The notes beneath the pieces were generated by a model. That model worked only from the letters and a program-made list of their open reading frames with translations. It made no database searches and was not told the origin of the DNA. DNA of 64,000 nt from Clostridiales bacterium (GTDB lineage Bacteria; Bacillota; Clostridia; Christensenellales; CAG-138), in NCBI GenBank assembly GCA_004554165.1, contig SFNQ01000008.1:451-64450 (forward strand), given 5' to 3'. Both the position numbers and the translations under genes were made by a program. Shown here in pieces: positions 63,139-64,000 of this stretch. Position 1 is the stretch's first letter, and every line of letters starts with the position of its first letter.

Positions 63139-64000
63139 ATGCAGAACAAAAACAGGCAGTTGCAGAAAAAACCTCCTAAGGGGATCGGGCCTGTCGGCCT
63201 GTTTTCCAAGCGCGCCCGCACCTGTCTGCTCACCCTGTGCGCGATTGCGCTGGTCTGCTTTGTTCTTCTTCCGCTGGGTCTGGACCGCATCGGTGCGGTC
63301 AACATCCATTCCGCCTTTGCCATGGCAAATTTCGATTCCGCGCCCAGTCCGACGCCGCAGGCCCTTGACGAGAGCGTCGCCCCGGCCGTCGGCGAGGCCC
63401 CGGCCGCCACGCCTACCCCCTCGCCAATGGACGCCGTGCAGGTGTTCAACTACTCCCTGTTGCAGCTTCACGACGACTATCCCGCCGTGGAAACGCTTCA
63501 GCTTCGCCTGATGGAGCTGGGCTATCTGGATTCCGACGAGCCCGGCACAACCTACAACGAGGCGACCATGGAAGCCGTTTCCATGTTTCAGCGCACGCTG
63601 GATACGCAGATTACCGGCATTGCGGACAGCGAGCTGCAAACAAGGCTCTACAGCAGCGAGGCCACCGTCTATGAGGTCCGCCTTGGCGCGGAGGGTTCGG
63701 ATGTGCGGTCGATGCAGAATCTGCTGAAGGAGCTGGGCTATTACGAGGGCAAGGTCAACGGGTATTTCGGCGTAGCAACCGAGGAGGCCCTCAAGCAGTT
63801 CCAGCAGAAAAACGGAATGGATACGGACGGCATTTTCAACCTGGACGACCGGGATCTGCTCTATTCCGACGACGCCAAGCCCAAGATCGACCCCACGCCT
63901 ACGCCAAAGCCCACGCAAAAGCCGACCGCAACCAAAAAGCCGTCCAGCGCCACGCCCAAACCCAGCAAGACGGACTCCGGCTCCGCAGGCACTTCCGAGC
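63139..64000 (+). CDS. Membrane-anchored protein with two peptidoglycan-binding (PG_binding_1-like) repeats and a Pro/Thr/Lys-rich linker. The 3' end lies beyond the window.
   Basis: It is not in the ORF track because there is no stop before the window end. ATG 63139 lies 6 nt after GAGGTG. Has a TM helix (CLLTLCAIALVCFVLLPL). Repeats: LQLRLMELGYLD...MEAVSMFQ and MQNLLKELGYYEGKVNGYFGVATEEALKQFQQKNGMDTDG. Confidence 0.75.
   Translation, partial: MQNKNRQLQKKPPKGIGPVGLFSKRARTCLLTLCAIALVCFVLLPLGLDRIGAVNIHSAFAMANFDSAPSPTPQALDESVAPAVGEAPAATPTPSPMDAVQVFNYSLLQLHDDYPAVETLQLRLMELGYLDSDEPGTTYNEATMEAVSMFQRTLDTQITGIADSELQTRLYSSEATVYEVRLGAEGSDVRSMQNLLKELGYYEGKVNGYFGVATEEALKQFQQKNGMDTDGIFNLDDRDLLYSDDAKPKIDPTPTPKPTQKPTATKKPSSATPKPSKTDSGSAGTSE

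Noticed and set aside
1-64000. CRISPR arrays, rRNA genes, intact IS elements or prophages, toxin-antitoxin or known defence-system gene sets
   Set aside because: I saw no regularly spaced repeat array, no rRNA-like sequence, no complete transposase or integrase, and no recognisable defence-gene combination on either strand. This was a by-eye scan only, not a computed repeat search.

Overview
This is 64 kb of a visibly GC-rich chromosome (GC not computed) from a Gram-positive spore-former, probably Clostridia-like. The evidence for that placement is a spoVAC-AD-AE operon, a CIRCE operator, a T-box leader and SigA-type promoters.

About 50 protein genes are supportable, and most are housekeeping:
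- Central metabolism and synthesis: tkt, an Fe-alcohol dehydrogenase, a MOFRL glycerate kinase, nagA, a threonine-aldolase-like PLP enzyme, coaE, pdp.
- Sporulation and envelope: the spoVA operon, a CapD-like sugar dehydratase, five glycosyltransferases split by a divergently oriented Crp/Fnr regulator, lspA-rluD, an SLT transglycosylase, a DUF885 lipoprotein.
- Signalling and regulation: a degenerate-REC/degenerate-GGDEF/EAL/PAS protein, a short KdpD-type kinase with KdpE, birA/bioY, a LytTR + DUF3021 pair.
- Transport and stress: Na+-decarboxylase beta and gamma-like subunits, desulfoferrodoxin, mntP, a KtrAB/Trk-type K+ uptake pair, an MFS transporter, htpG.
- Nucleic-acid functions: a beta-CASP RNase, two RluA-family pseudouridine synthases, valS, polA, an ABC-F ATPase.

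There are nine tRNA genes: a solo tRNA-Met and an 8-gene array. I found no rRNA, no CRISPR array and no intact mobile element.

The only clearly accessory stretch is about 43.7-47.4 kb. It is AT-richer, bounded by tRNA genes, and holds transposase fragments, a lone SPFH/zinc-ribbon protein, clustered TGATAC repeats, a 24-bp-arm perfect palindrome and an unassigned terminator-bracketed 181-nt segment.

The strongest new inferences are:
1. A near-identical 14-bp palindrome (GTTGYAAATRCAAC) sits at -41.5 of the desulfoferrodoxin promoter and in the 5' UTR of the nearby Crp/Fnr gene.
2. A glycerate-kinase-fold protein has a degenerate catalytic motif and an unrecognised N-terminal domain, and lies in the ABC-F/pdp/polA gene string.
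3. A well-signalled 32-aa membrane peptide gene lies upstream of the sensor-less KdpD/KdpE pair.

I cannot support a complete novel multi-gene system (defence, BGC or similar) from sequence alone. All family assignments come from remembered motifs, not database searches.
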